Shown here piece by piece: positions 1-9,700 of a stretch of 57,367 bases of DNA (the stretch's first letter is position 1; every line of letters starts with the position of its first letter). The position numbers were made by a program, and so were the translations under genes. The notes under the pieces are model-generated. The model did not search any database. It saw only the letters and a list, made by a program, of their open reading frames with translations, and was not told where the DNA came from. The stretch comes from Luteolibacter sp. (GTDB taxonomy: Bacteria > Verrucomicrobiota > Verrucomicrobiia > Verrucomicrobiales > Akkermansiaceae): positions 1-57,367 of the forward strand of contig JBILMI010000001.1 in the NCBI GenBank assembly GCA_044375585.1. The letters are read 5' to 3'.

Positions 1-1
1 C

Positions 2-346
2 ATGGTTTCAGATGAATCGAATAAGCCTGAGAAATTAAAATACGCAATTTTGGGCGAAGATACCTCCACTACAGTCGAGAAATTGGAGAAGTATACGGGT
101 CATGTAGACTGGAAATATTTAGCTCCACACTATTTAGCTGGTGTCTTGTATTATGTAGATCCGGCATTGAAGTTAGCAGAAGTCGGATGTGTGTTTTCTG
201 AAAATCAAAAGGAACAAGTTGAGGCTTGGTTGAAATCTGGGGACATGGTGAAAATTGGAGATCTCCATGCTGAACAATGGGAAAAAGTCGGAATCGAATT
301 TGAGGCTTTGGTGGTTTCACCATTTGTTCTTTGTCGGCCAGTCTAG
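2..346 (+). CDS. DUF2288 family protein
   Basis: 114 aa; VDWKYLAPH...VDPALKL...V..WL...F.ALVVSPFVL pattern recalled for DUF2288. Confidence 0.75.
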   Translation: MVSDESNKPEKLKYAILGEDTSTTVEKLEKYTGHVDWKYLAPHYLAGVLYYVDPALKLAEVGCVFSENQKEQVEAWLKSGDMVKIGDLHAEQWEKVGIEFEALVVSPFVLCRPV

Positions 347-357
347 CGAGGTTACTC

Positions 358-391
358 AAAAAAAGTCCGCTAGAGAAATTTCTCTAACGGA
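358..391 (-). terminator. Intrinsic terminator of the LysM gene (between convergent genes)
   Basis: Minus-strand hairpin UCCGUUAGAGAA/UUCUCUAGCGGA followed by a U7 tract. Confidence 0.7.
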
Positions 392-421
392 ATTGAGTCG
401 AGCGGATCAGAGATTTTAATT

Positions 422-1333
422 CTACGGTTGCTCTGGAATGTAGAGCTCGGATCCTTGAGCAAGAATTGTGCTTGGATCTAGACGAAGACCGTTAATTTGA
501 TCTAAGCGATTGGTGGTAGTGTTGTGACTTTTCGCAAAATCGCTGTAGCTGATTTCTTTGGTGATTTTAACGGGTTTGTCGAATGCGCGTGGCTGACTAG
601 CTGTGTTTGATTGGTTGGGTACCGGAATATGAGATTGGGCTGACGGATCAACACTTGGTTCGCGAGGAGGCGTCGGTGCAAGATTCGTAGTCTCTATCTT
701 AGTTGGGATTTGAACGATCTTTCCAACACCGAGAGTTTTGGGTTCGATGCTCGGATTTTCCTTAATGAGAGCGTTAACTGTTACATTATATTTTTTAGCA
801 ATGCTGTAGAAAGTTTCGTTTGTCGCAACGGTATGCTTAGTGTTGTTAGAAACTGGAGCTTTTGATTCAGTGGATACTAAGGTCTCAGGAGTTGATGCCT
901 GGCTTGTTGTGGTAGAGGGTATTGGGACTTTTAACTTCTGGCCGGGACGGATGATATCATTGCTTTTTAAACCATTGAGCTCGTTGAGAATTACGGATCT
1001 GGTGCCGTGTTTGCGAGCGATGGATGCCATGTTGTCGCCAGCTACTACGATGTAATTCGTTGTATGATTCGTTGATGTAGGCTTTGGACTGATTTCGGGT
1101 GTGGTAACTTGAGGATCGGTTGTAGTGGCTACAGGAGCCTCAGCAGCGACAGACGGTTCACTAACTGATGGAGGAGTGTAGGAGAGTTGGGCTACTTTCA
1201 ACTCAAGTTGCTGAATCTGCATTTCTTGCTCTGCAACAAGGGCGCGAAGTCGATCGATCTCACCAGCAGATATAAGAGGAGCGGTGGCGACTAAAATAGC
1301 CAAAAGCGAAGCAAAGCGGGTGTTTATCTTCAT
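422..1333 (-). CDS. Secreted LysM peptidoglycan-binding protein
   Basis: Signal peptide (MKINTRFASLLAILVA), coiled coil, Pro/Thr linkers, two clear LysM repeats (YIVVAGDNMASIARKH; HTVATNETFYSIAKKY) and a degenerate third; start placed at ATG 1333. Confidence 0.85.
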   Translation of the reverse strand: MKINTRFASLLAILVATAPLISAGEIDRLRALVAEQEMQIQQLELKVAQLSYTPPSVSEPSVAAEAPVATTTDPQVTTPEISPKPTSTNHTTNYIVVAGDNMASIARKHGTRSVILNELNGLKSNDIIRPGQKLKVPIPSTTTSQASTPETLVSTESKAPVSNNTKHTVATNETFYSIAKKYNVTVNALIKENPSIEPKTLGVGKIVQIPTKIETTNLAPTPPREPSVDPSAQSHIPVPNQSNTASQPRAFDKPVKITKEISYSDFAKSHNTTTNRLDQINGLRLDPSTILAQGSELYIPEQP

Positions 1334-1409
1334 AAGACGGGATTTTGCAGGATTCACCCCAGCTGACAATTAAAATTTAACTAAAGTTAACTATATGTCA
1401 TTCACCCTC

Positions 1410-2078
1410 TCAAGCGTCGTCCGTGCCAGCGCACAAGCATTTTTCGAGGCTTGCCCTTGCGGTTTCGAAATCTTCTTCGGTGAGATTTTTCTGAAGTTGA
1501 ATGGGTTTATCGAAGATGATGGTGACTTTGCTGAAAGGTTTCGGGATGACGAAGCGATCCCATGAGGAAAGCCGCCATGCGGAGCTGTAACGAATATGGA
1601 TGGGGATGATGTCCACGCCGGTGGCTTGCGCGATTTTCAATAATCCTGGCTGAACTTGATAGCGCGGACCTTTGGGTCCGTCTGGGGTGACGCAAACATC
1701 TTTGCCCTCCAGTAGCGCCTTTTTCATTCCGATTAATGCAGATATAGCACGGCGAGATGAGGACCCTCGGATCGATCCAATCCCAAAAAAATCCATCGCG
1801 GTCGCCAAGGTGCTGCCATCTTTGCTCGCGCTGGTGAGGACGACCGTTGACCTGTTCTTTCCGCCAGTGAGTTTCCAAATGGGCGGCATCGTGAAGATAC
1901 GATTGTGCCAGAGGGCGAAGATGACCGGTTTGGAATGAATCACTGGTTGGACGATGCCTGATTCCCCGTTGACATTGTAGCGGAGCATTAGACTCCAAAG
2001 TTTCATTGCATAAGCAGCCACGTGACCTGCCGCAATGGAGGCGCGGGAGGTTTTAATGGTATTGCTTCTAGGCGGCAT
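1410..2078 (-). CDS. DUF374 / lysophospholipid acyltransferase family protein
   Basis: WHNR, SASKDG, RGSS, TPDGPKGP, WDRFVIPKPFS motifs. Confidence 0.85.
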   Translation of the reverse strand: MPPRSNTIKTSRASIAAGHVAAYAMKLWSLMLRYNVNGESGIVQPVIHSKPVIFALWHNRIFTMPPIWKLTGGKNRSTVVLTSASKDGSTLATAMDFFGIGSIRGSSSRRAISALIGMKKALLEGKDVCVTPDGPKGPRYQVQPGLLKIAQATGVDIIPIHIRYSSAWRLSSWDRFVIPKPFSKVTIIFDKPIQLQKNLTEEDFETARASLEKCLCAGTDDA

Positions 2079-2098
2079 TAGTTGAGATATCGGCGATT

Positions 2099-3592
2099 TT
2101 ATAAGTTAATGATCTTACAAAAATCCGCGTAGGCTTGATTCCATGAATCAGTCTCTTGAGGGGTGTAGATTTTGAAATCGAATGATTCCCGAATGAGATC
2201 ACGACCTTCGCTGAAATTTTTAATTTCTTTGGTGGCAAGCATCTGGGTGATGATGTTGCCGCAGGATGTAGCTTCGATGGGTCCAGCTTGGACTTCGATT
2301 CCGAGTGCGTTTGCGGTTGATTGGCAAAGATCTTCGTTTTGGATTCCTCCTCCACCGGCATTCAAGCGGGCGTAATTACGTCCAGTGAGCTTGATGATCC
2401 GTTCATAAACGACGCGATATTTCAGAGCTAATGAATCGGTTGCGACTCTGAGGATTTGGCCAATCGTTTCAGGAATCGCTTGGCCGGTTTTTTTGCAGTA
2501 TTCGCAAATGCGAGCTGGCATATCACCGGGAGCGGAGAATGTAGCATCGTCTGGATCGATGAACGCGAAGAAAGGTTCAGCATTAGAGGAAAGTTTGGCG
2601 AGCTCTGCGAAGGAGTAGTTCTCGCCTTTTTTATCCCACTGGCGCTTACATTCTTGGATGATCCAGAGACCGCCAATGTTTTTCAGGAAACGAACTGTGT
2701 TATCGATTCCGAGTTCGTTGGAGAAACCGTATGAGAGTGCTTCTTCACTACGAATGGGGGATTTTTTTTCTACGCCCATGATCGACCACGTTCCAGAGGA
2801 TAACCATAGTGGTTCAGCTTCGGTTAGTGGAATGCCGGCGACGGCGGAGGCGGTATCGTGGCAAGGAGCGACCACAAAAGGAATGTCGCAGCGTCCGATG
2901 GTATCTTTAAGTTCTGATCGGAGTTGTCCGAGCATTGTTCCCGGAGGAACAATTTTTCCGAAGATGGATCTAGGGAGTCCGAGCGCTTCGATGACTTCTT
3001 CGGACCAATCACCAGTCTCTGCATTGAGAAGTTGAGAGGTTGAGGCGTTTGTTTTTTCTACACTTTTCACTCCAGTGAGCCAGTAAGCAAGGATGTCCGG
3101 TATGAAAAGGATGCTGTGTGCTTGTGAGAGCGCTGCGCTATTTTTTAAGCGGAGAGAGAGGAGGTGAAGTGCACTGTTGTAGAAGTTAGTTTTGATTCCA
3201 GTGAAGCTGAAGATTTCTTCCTCCGGCATTAAATCATGCATTTTATCTTCGACGCCTTCGATGCGTGGATCGCGATATTGATGCGGAGTGCCGATGATTT
3301 CACCTTGCTCGTCGAATAACCCAAAATCGCAACCCCAAGTATCAATTCCAATGGAAACGATATCTTCTCCGAACTGGTCTACTGCTTTTTTAAGTCCTGT
3401 TAGAATTTCGTGATATAATCCAAAGATGTTCCAGTAGAGACCGGATGGAATTTCGATGGCGGGATTTTCAAAGCGATGGATTTCCTCTAATTGAATTTTT
3501 CCATCGACGAGGAAACTCGATATGACTCGGCCGCTGCTGGCTCCAAGATCAATGGCGATACGAACGTTTTTGTTATTTTCTGAACTCAACAC
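2099..3592 (-). CDS. rhaB: Rhamnulokinase (FGGY family)
   Basis: AIDLGASSGR, SIGIDTWGCDF, HDTASAV, SSGTWS, NELG, GPIEAT motifs. Confidence 0.85.
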   Translation of the reverse strand: MLSSENNKNVRIAIDLGASSGRVISSFLVDGKIQLEEIHRFENPAIEIPSGLYWNIFGLYHEILTGLKKAVDQFGEDIVSIGIDTWGCDFGLFDEQGEIIGTPHQYRDPRIEGVEDKMHDLMPEEEIFSFTGIKTNFYNSALHLLSLRLKNSAALSQAHSILFIPDILAYWLTGVKSVEKTNASTSQLLNAETGDWSEEVIEALGLPRSIFGKIVPPGTMLGQLRSELKDTIGRCDIPFVVAPCHDTASAVAGIPLTEAEPLWLSSGTWSIMGVEKKSPIRSEEALSYGFSNELGIDNTVRFLKNIGGLWIIQECKRQWDKKGENYSFAELAKLSSNAEPFFAFIDPDDATFSAPGDMPARICEYCKKTGQAIPETIGQILRVATDSLALKYRVVYERIIKLTGRNYARLNAGGGGIQNEDLCQSTANALGIEVQAGPIEATSCGNIITQMLATKEIKNFSEGRDLIRESFDFKIYTPQETDSWNQAYADFCKIINL

Positions 3593-3637
3593 GGTAGGAT
3601 TATTCTAAGGGGTCTAATGATGGTGGATACAAATGAA

Positions 3638-4252
3638 TCAGGCAGATTCGACTTCGGAGGAGCTTGAGATGGGCTTCCGCAAGGGTGTGAGGATTCCTTG
3701 GTCGAGGCGGTAAATCCATGAATGAATCGACAGTTCTTGTCCACGTTCCCATGCATCTTCGACGATGGTGGTGCGAGCAACGTGGCGAGCTTGTGAGAGC
3801 ACGTTGAGTTCGCATAGACGGTCGAGGCGTTGACTTTCTTTTAATGAATCGAGCTCATCTTTGTGGACACGGGTGAGAGATCGGATCGGAGCTAGCCAGT
3901 TATCAATAATCCCATGACGAAAATTTTCGAGAGCTGCCTTCACTCCACCGCAACCGTAGTGCCCGCAGACGATAACGTTACTAACTTTCAATACATCAAC
4001 GGCGTATTGAAGAACCGCAAGGACATTGAAATCTGTTTCCTGAACGACATTGGCGACGTTTCGATGAACGAAGACTTCACCGGGAGGAAGTCCGGTGATT
4101 TGGTTGGCTGGGACGCGAGAATCTGAACAACCGATCCAGAAGTATTTTGGGCTTTGTTGCTGAGCTAAGCGCGTGAAGAACTCAGGATCACTGATGCGCA
4201 TTTTCTCAGCCCAAGCGGCGTTGTTTTTGATGAGTTGATCGATGGTTCCCAT
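3638..4252 (-). CDS. can: Beta-class carbonic anhydrase
   Basis: WIGCSDSR, HRNVAN, CGHYGCGG zinc-ligand motifs; start placed at MGTIDQ (ATG 4252). Confidence 0.92.
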   Translation of the reverse strand: MGTIDQLIKNNAAWAEKMRISDPEFFTRLAQQQSPKYFWIGCSDSRVPANQITGLPPGEVFVHRNVANVVQETDFNVLAVLQYAVDVLKVSNVIVCGHYGCGGVKAALENFRHGIIDNWLAPIRSLTRVHKDELDSLKESQRLDRLCELNVLSQARHVARTTIVEDAWERGQELSIHSWIYRLDQGILTPLRKPISSSSEVESA

Positions 4253-4299
4253 AACTTCGTGATCATGCTTAGGTATGGCTGGGTGAGACTCCAGAAAAA

Positions 4300-5817
4300 T
4301 TATGCTGTCTGTGATTTCTGTTTGGTGTCGAATTCTCTTTTCGCTGCATTGCGGCACTCGGCCACGAAATGGTTACAGGCTTCACGGCAGAGGAGGGGAA
4401 TGGCGAGGTTTTCTGAAGCGTTGCCAGGGATGCCATTGAAACGAGAGGCTTCGCTGTCATCGAGGGGTGTTTGTTCATCGAGTTTCCATAGGATTTTTTT
4501 GGCGCAGTTGTGTGCGGGGCCACATACTTTCTGGATGAGTTTTTGTGCGCCATCATCACTGATTGTGCCTGCGTAACGATACATACCTGTCTGTCTGGCG
4601 AGTTTATCGCGAAGGTTTTCGATCGGTAAAATGCCTTCCTGATGCTTGATGTAAAGTGCCGTGCAGGCAGGGTAGAACTGATCGAGTGCGCGCAATAAAT
4701 CCTTCTCGTTATCCAGAGTCATGACCCAACCGCGGCGCAGATTGATTTTCCCTTTGGTAAAACGGTATTCGCCGTCTTCTGCGTAGGTGGAAAGATCTCG
4801 AGACATTTCTGGTCCATGATGATGATCGAGTCCTCCGAAGGCGGGTTGAGTGGCTAGATCTTCGTCTTCGATGTGATTGAGGGCGTATTCGAACTCGCAG
4901 TAATCCCGATGAATCTGGATTTGGCCGATCTGGTTCACTCCTTCTCGGATCAGTTTTTTTAAGTGCTCCGCTAAACTCGTATTTAGGTTTGGCTTTGGCG
5001 ATTGAGGCTTATGTTTCGCATCGAAATCCATGATTTGATCGAGAATGACATCTGCGATGAGTGGTTCCGTGCCGATGGCGGAGGAGTAATAAAGAGTTTT
5101 CTCTCTGAGTTGATGAGGGTTTTGGCGGAAGATCTCACGCTGGCTTGCTGCTGGACCGACCTCTGGTTCGATCCCAAGCATGACGGGAATATCCTGATAA
5201 GAATGCAGACCATCTGATATGAAAAACGGCACGACCACCACGTTCTTAGTGTCGGACATTTTATCCCATTCGGCAATGAACGGGGCCTCTTCCATGTATG
5301 CATCCGTTACGAGTTGATAGCCGGCCCCGGAATTTGTGATGAGATCGGCCTGATCTTTGATAGCCTTTGTGGAATTTTGGTTTAGCCCCGTTCCGTGTCC
5401 CGTGATAATCAGGGTGGTGTCCTTGGGATCTGCGTCTGGCGCGACTTCACGGGCGCGGCGAAGGATGAGATCGGTCATGGAGCGGTGGACTCCGACCGGC
5501 AGGCAATAAAGGAGCGTTTTTCCATTACGTATCGTGGAATCACCGCTAAGTTCCAACTCGCGGGGAATGACTTCCTGCGTAAAATAGCCCTCACTGATGA
5601 AATCCGGCACTATGTAGACTTCGGAGGCATCGATCATCAGTAAAGCCTCTCGCATTGAGGGTTCTTCCTTCCAAAAACACACATGAACCTCGCTAAATAG
5701 GTTTCTGCTACGGATTTCCCAAGCATGATCGAAGTATGGGGTCGATGAATCTGGGTTTTCCGTCGAGCCGTGGCCGACAATGAGAAGGGCGGAGTTTGGT
5801 TTCGGAATGAAAGACAT
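4300..5817 (-). CDS. CbiX/SirB-like chelatase domains fused to a DR2241-family domain
   Basis: Two CbiX repeats (VGHGS; TGHGT...PFFISDGLH) then IGQIQI...GEYR...LRRGW...FYP...RQTGMY...C..ILW...CREAC. Confidence 0.75.
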   Translation of the reverse strand: MSFIPKPNSALLIVGHGSTENPDSSTPYFDHAWEIRSRNLFSEVHVCFWKEEPSMREALLMIDASEVYIVPDFISEGYFTQEVIPRELELSGDSTIRNGKTLLYCLPVGVHRSMTDLILRRAREVAPDADPKDTTLIITGHGTGLNQNSTKAIKDQADLITNSGAGYQLVTDAYMEEAPFIAEWDKMSDTKNVVVVPFFISDGLHSYQDIPVMLGIEPEVGPAASQREIFRQNPHQLREKTLYYSSAIGTEPLIADVILDQIMDFDAKHKPQSPKPNLNTSLAEHLKKLIREGVNQIGQIQIHRDYCEFEYALNHIEDEDLATQPAFGGLDHHHGPEMSRDLSTYAEDGEYRFTKGKINLRRGWVMTLDNEKDLLRALDQFYPACTALYIKHQEGILPIENLRDKLARQTGMYRYAGTISDDGAQKLIQKVCGPAHNCAKKILWKLDEQTPLDDSEASRFNGIPGNASENLAIPLLCREACNHFVAECRNAAKREFDTKQKSQTA

Positions 5818-5878
5818 ATGGAGAAAATGGCGGGCGCTGACAGGAATGCAAGTGGGTGTTTTTGATTAATCTTTAGTC

Positions 5879-5906
5879 TTGCAAACGAAGCCTGGTCTCC
5901 TAGGTT
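5879..5906 (+). promoter_or_regulatory. Sigma70-like promoter of rpsA
   Basis: TTGCAA-N16-TAGGTT followed by GC-rich discriminator CGCCCTCC. Confidence 0.55.
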
Positions 5907-6027
5907 CGCCCTCCGTTTTTCTTTTGTCTGGCGAGCGGTTGGAGCCCCGGTGCCCGTCAGACGCATCTTTTCCGGGGCAATTGTCGGAAGGGAAACGTAA
6001 ACAAACTAACCAAACCATTAACCAAAT

Positions 6028-7737
6028 ATGAGTACTGCACTTGCAGAATCAACCAATCAGGAACTGAGCGATTTGATCGACTCGAAATTCAAGGAATTCC
6101 GCGAAGGTTCTATCGTCAAAGGCACCATCCTTGAAATCCGTCCGCAGATCGTCCTAGTGGACATCGGCTACAAATCGGAAGGTGCAATCCCATCCAACGA
6201 GTTCGAGGATGATGAAATCGAAATCGGCGACGAAATCGAAGTGCTCCTCGAGCGTCTCGAAAACGACGAAGGCATGGTCGTTCTCTCCAAAGAGAAGGCT
6301 GCCTACAAACAAAACTGGGACAAAATCGTCAAAGTCTATCAAGACGGCGGCCTCGTTCGCGGAAAAGTCAAAGCAGTTGTCAAAGGCGGTCTCACCGTCA
6401 ATGTCGGCGTCGAAGCTTTCCTTCCTGGTTCACAAGTGGACATCATTCCACCAAAAGATCTCTCCGAATACGTGGGCAATGTCTACGAATTCAAAATCGT
6501 TAAAGTTAACGACGAGCGTAAGAACATCGTTCTTTCCCGCCGCGAAGTGATCGAAGCCGAGCGTTCCGAGCAACGCCAAGCGTTCCTTCAAACCGTCAAG
6601 ATCGGCGACAAAGTCGTCGGCGCGATCAAGAACATCACCGACTTCGGTGCATTCGTCGACCTCGCAGGCATGGACGGACTCCTTCATATCACCGATATGT
6701 CATGGGGCCGTATCAACCATCCTTCCGAGCTGCTTCACATCGGTCAGTCGGTGGATGTTGTCATCCTCGACGTGGATCGTGAGAAAGAGCGCGTTTCGCT
6801 CGGCCTCAAGCAAATGTCCGACAATCCATGGGAAGACATCGAGCGCAAATACCCAATTGGTCAGCAAGTTAAAGGACAAGTTACCAAACTTCTCCCATAC
6901 GGCGCGTTCATCGAAATCGAGCGTGGCGTTGAAGGCCTCGTGCACGTTTCCGAGCTTAGCTGGGTTAAGCGCATCACCCGTCCATCCGACGTTCTCGAAA
7001 TCGGTCAGGAAATCACCGCAGTGGTTCTTGGCATCAGCATCGAGGAACAAAAAATCTCGCTCGGCGTTCGCCAACTCGAAGGCAACCCATGGGACGAGAT
7101 CGAGCTCCGTTACCCAGTGGGTGCAACGATCACCGGACCTGTCCGCAACCTTACCGCTTATGGCGCGTTCGTAGAGCTGGAAGAAGGTATCGACGGTATG
7201 ATCCACGTTTCCGACATGTCTTGGACTCGCAAAATCAATCATCCTTCCGAAGTTCTTAAAAAGAACGACGAGATCGAAGCCATCGTCCTTGCGATCGACA
7301 AAGCAAACCAACGCGTCTCACTCGGCATCAAACAAACCGAAGGTGATCCATGGTCCGCTATCGATGATCGCTTCAAAGTCGGCGACCTCGTCAAAGGCAC
7401 AGTTGCTAAGATCGCATCGTTCGGTGCGTTCGTATCCCTCGAAGGCGACATCGACGGTCTCATCCACATTTCGCAACTCAGCGAAGACCACGTGGAAAAG
7501 GTCAAAGACGTCATCAAAGTTGGCGACGAAATCGAAGCCCGCGTCATCAAAGTCGACAAGGTCGAGCGCCGTATCGGTCTCTCGATCAAAGCTGTTGGTT
7601 ACTCCGAAGAACAACTCAAGAAAGAAAGCGCCAGCTTCGAGTCACTTCGCCCATCTTCCGAGATGGTCGGCCTCGAGCAAGCCTTCAACCTTGCTGCTGC
7701 AGCTTCCGAAGAGTGGAGCCCAGGCGACGACAAATAA
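6028..7737 (+). CDS. rpsA: 30S ribosomal protein S1
   Basis: Six S1 repeats (DFGAFVDL, DGLLHITDMSW, EGLVHVSELSW); strong high-expression codon bias. Confidence 0.98.
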   Translation: MSTALAESTNQELSDLIDSKFKEFREGSIVKGTILEIRPQIVLVDIGYKSEGAIPSNEFEDDEIEIGDEIEVLLERLENDEGMVVLSKEKAAYKQNWDKIVKVYQDGGLVRGKVKAVVKGGLTVNVGVEAFLPGSQVDIIPPKDLSEYVGNVYEFKIVKVNDERKNIVLSRREVIEAERSEQRQAFLQTVKIGDKVVGAIKNITDFGAFVDLAGMDGLLHITDMSWGRINHPSELLHIGQSVDVVILDVDREKERVSLGLKQMSDNPWEDIERKYPIGQQVKGQVTKLLPYGAFIEIERGVEGLVHVSELSWVKRITRPSDVLEIGQEITAVVLGISIEEQKISLGVRQLEGNPWDEIELRYPVGATITGPVRNLTAYGAFVELEEGIDGMIHVSDMSWTRKINHPSEVLKKNDEIEAIVLAIDKANQRVSLGIKQTEGDPWSAIDDRFKVGDLVKGTVAKIASFGAFVSLEGDIDGLIHISQLSEDHVEKVKDVIKVGDEIEARVIKVDKVERRIGLSIKAVGYSEEQLKKESASFESLRPSSEMVGLEQAFNLAAAASEEWSPGDDK

Positions 7738-7775
7738 ATTCTATCCGAGCCGTAATTTTACGGTTCGAGATTTTC

Positions 7776-7810
7776 AAAAAAGCCGGACGGGTTCGCCTGT
7801 CCGGCTTTTT
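7776..7810 (+). terminator. Intrinsic terminator after rpsA
   Basis: AAAAAAGCCGGACGG-GTTCG-CCTGTCCGGCTTTTT. Confidence 0.85.
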
Positions 7811-7971
7811 ATTTGGCAGGGACGCCTATCCTCAGGCATCCATATCTGATGGCGCGTAATACCTCATCGGATCTGTCCCGTAATAACCGCCGTAAGATAT
7901 GGACCTTTAGGATAAAGGTCCCTGCCTATGTAAATCCTTGCGTAGGCAATTTTAAGAGGTTGAATGCCTTG

Positions 7972-8601
7972 ATGAAACGTAGGCAATTTTTCAAAAGCGG
8001 CATGGCAGGGGGCGCGCTGATTGGGATCACTGGGGCTTCGGCGGAACAGTTACCTAAAACCGTATCAGAAACTTCAGGACCTTTTCATCCTGTTTTGGAA
8101 CAGAAGGACAAGGATTTCGATCTAACGAAAGTTGAGGGAAGAGAAGAAGTGGCGAAGGGAACGTCTTTTGATCTTGAGGGCACCGTTTTTGATACGGAAG
8201 GGAAACCAGTTGAGGACGCGACCGTGGAGATCTGGCAGGCAAATGCTGCGGGTCGATACAATCACCCGCACGATTCCAATGCCGCCCCTCTGGATCCAGG
8301 CTTCCAAGGTTGGGCGATTGTTCCTAGTGGAAAGCAAGGGAAGTTCAAACTGCGCACCATTATCCCGGGTTCTTATCCTGCGTCAGAGGATTGGTCGCGT
8401 CCGCCGCACATTCATTTTAAAGTCACCAAAATGGGTTACATGGAATTGATCACTCAGATGTATTTTCCCGGAGAGAAGCTCAATGATACAGATCGGGTTC
8501 TTCAGAAGCACACTCCAGAGCAGATCGCGCAATTGATCGCAAAGAAAACTTCTGAAGATCCTCTGACATACGAATTCCGTATCGTTCTCGAAAAAGCCTG
8601 A
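7972..8601 (+). CDS. Tat-exported intradiol ring-cleavage dioxygenase (protocatechuate 3,4-dioxygenase beta-like)
   Basis: MKRRQFF twin-arginine signal; VEIWQANAAGRYNH, PGSYP, RPPHIHF iron-ligand motifs; start placed at ATG 7972. Confidence 0.85.
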   Translation: MKRRQFFKSGMAGGALIGITGASAEQLPKTVSETSGPFHPVLEQKDKDFDLTKVEGREEVAKGTSFDLEGTVFDTEGKPVEDATVEIWQANAAGRYNHPHDSNAAPLDPGFQGWAIVPSGKQGKFKLRTIIPGSYPASEDWSRPPHIHFKVTKMGYMELITQMYFPGEKLNDTDRVLQKHTPEQIAQLIAKKTSEDPLTYEFRIVLEKA

Positions 8602-8682
8602 TCATTCGCTTGGATTTTTGTGGGCGGATCGCGGTTCATTAAGCTACTCGACTCCGTGGATATTTATATCTAATTTTCGAAC

Positions 8683-9210
8683 ATGAAAAATTCTGTGCAG
8701 GACACAAATTCCATTTCGAGTAAGAATCATTTCCGTCATCACGAAAAGCACAGGCATTTAGATCCTGTTTTTGGTGGTGACTGGTTTGCGCTTAAAGCGG
8801 AAGCGTTCGCGCGTTTTTTTGGAACACCTATTTTTTTGATATCCCAGACATTAGTTGTTTTGATCTGGATTGTTTTGAACGTGGCCGGGGTGTTTCACTT
8901 TGATGTTTATCCGTTCATACTACTGAATCTGGCATTCAGTTTGCAGGCGGCTTACGCGGCTCCGCTGATACTGCTCGCTCAGACCCGTCAGGCGGACCGT
9001 GACAAGGCGCATGCTGATGCTGATGCGAGACATAGGGAAGAACTCGCGCAGTCATCCGAGCAGCGGATGGTATTGGCAGCCGAGCATGCGGAACAGATGA
9101 TGATACTCATTCAGCAAAACACGGAGCTTACGGCGATCACGAAAACGCTCACTGAGAGGATTGAGGCGCTCACTCAAGAAGTTCACCGCAAGATTCTATC
9201 AGATCAGTGA
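8683..9210 (+). CDS. DUF1003 domain membrane protein
   Basis: FDVYPFILLNLAFSLQAAYAAPLILLAQTRQADRD signature. Confidence 0.9.
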   Translation: MKNSVQDTNSISSKNHFRHHEKHRHLDPVFGGDWFALKAEAFARFFGTPIFLISQTLVVLIWIVLNVAGVFHFDVYPFILLNLAFSLQAAYAAPLILLAQTRQADRDKAHADADARHREELAQSSEQRMVLAAEHAEQMMILIQQNTELTAITKTLTERIEALTQEVHRKILSDQ

Positions 9211-9220
9211 TATAATTAGT

Positions 9221-9625
9221 CTAAAACTCCGGTGATTTGCGGAGGGATTTTTTCTGCGAGAGAATGCGTTTGTCTGAGACAGACTGTTGTTTTGATCGAC
9301 GTGACCTGCGGCGTTTTTGCCGGCGCATTTTTTCGATTGCTTGGGTTTTCGCTGAGGCCTTGCCGTTGGCGATGGCGTCGAATTGGTCGCAGAGTTCGCG
9401 GCGGGCGAGAAAGCGGTTCATTTCGCGGGATCGGTCCATTTGGCACTTGATCGCGATGCCAGTTGGGAGGTGTTTGAGGAAGACGCAATTGGAGGTTTTG
9501 TTGATTTTCTGTCCTCCAGCACCCGAGCCACGGACGAATTTTTCCAAGAGAGCAGTTGGCTCAATCCCAAGCGATAATAGGCGCTGTTCGAGAGCGGCGA
9601 TTTTTTCTGGAGATGGGAGATTCAT
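9221..9625 (-). CDS. Peptide chain release factor-like ribosome rescue factor (ArfB/C12orf65-like)
   Basis: FVRGSGAGGQKINKT, no codon-recognition domains, very basic C-terminal tail. Confidence 0.85.
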   Translation of the reverse strand: MNLPSPEKIAALEQRLLSLGIEPTALLEKFVRGSGAGGQKINKTSNCVFLKHLPTGIAIKCQMDRSREMNRFLARRELCDQFDAIANGKASAKTQAIEKMRRQKRRRSRRSKQQSVSDKRILSQKKSLRKSPEF

Positions 9626-9700
9626 GGAAATGTTTATGTTTATCTATAAAAACGAATCTATTTGAAAGCTGGAGCATACACAGCGCAGTATTCCTGACCG

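Noticed and set aside
1377-1390. TTAACT-AA-AGTTAA palindrome upstream of the LysM promoter
   Set aside because: Short and AT-only, so likely by chance; no second instance seen.
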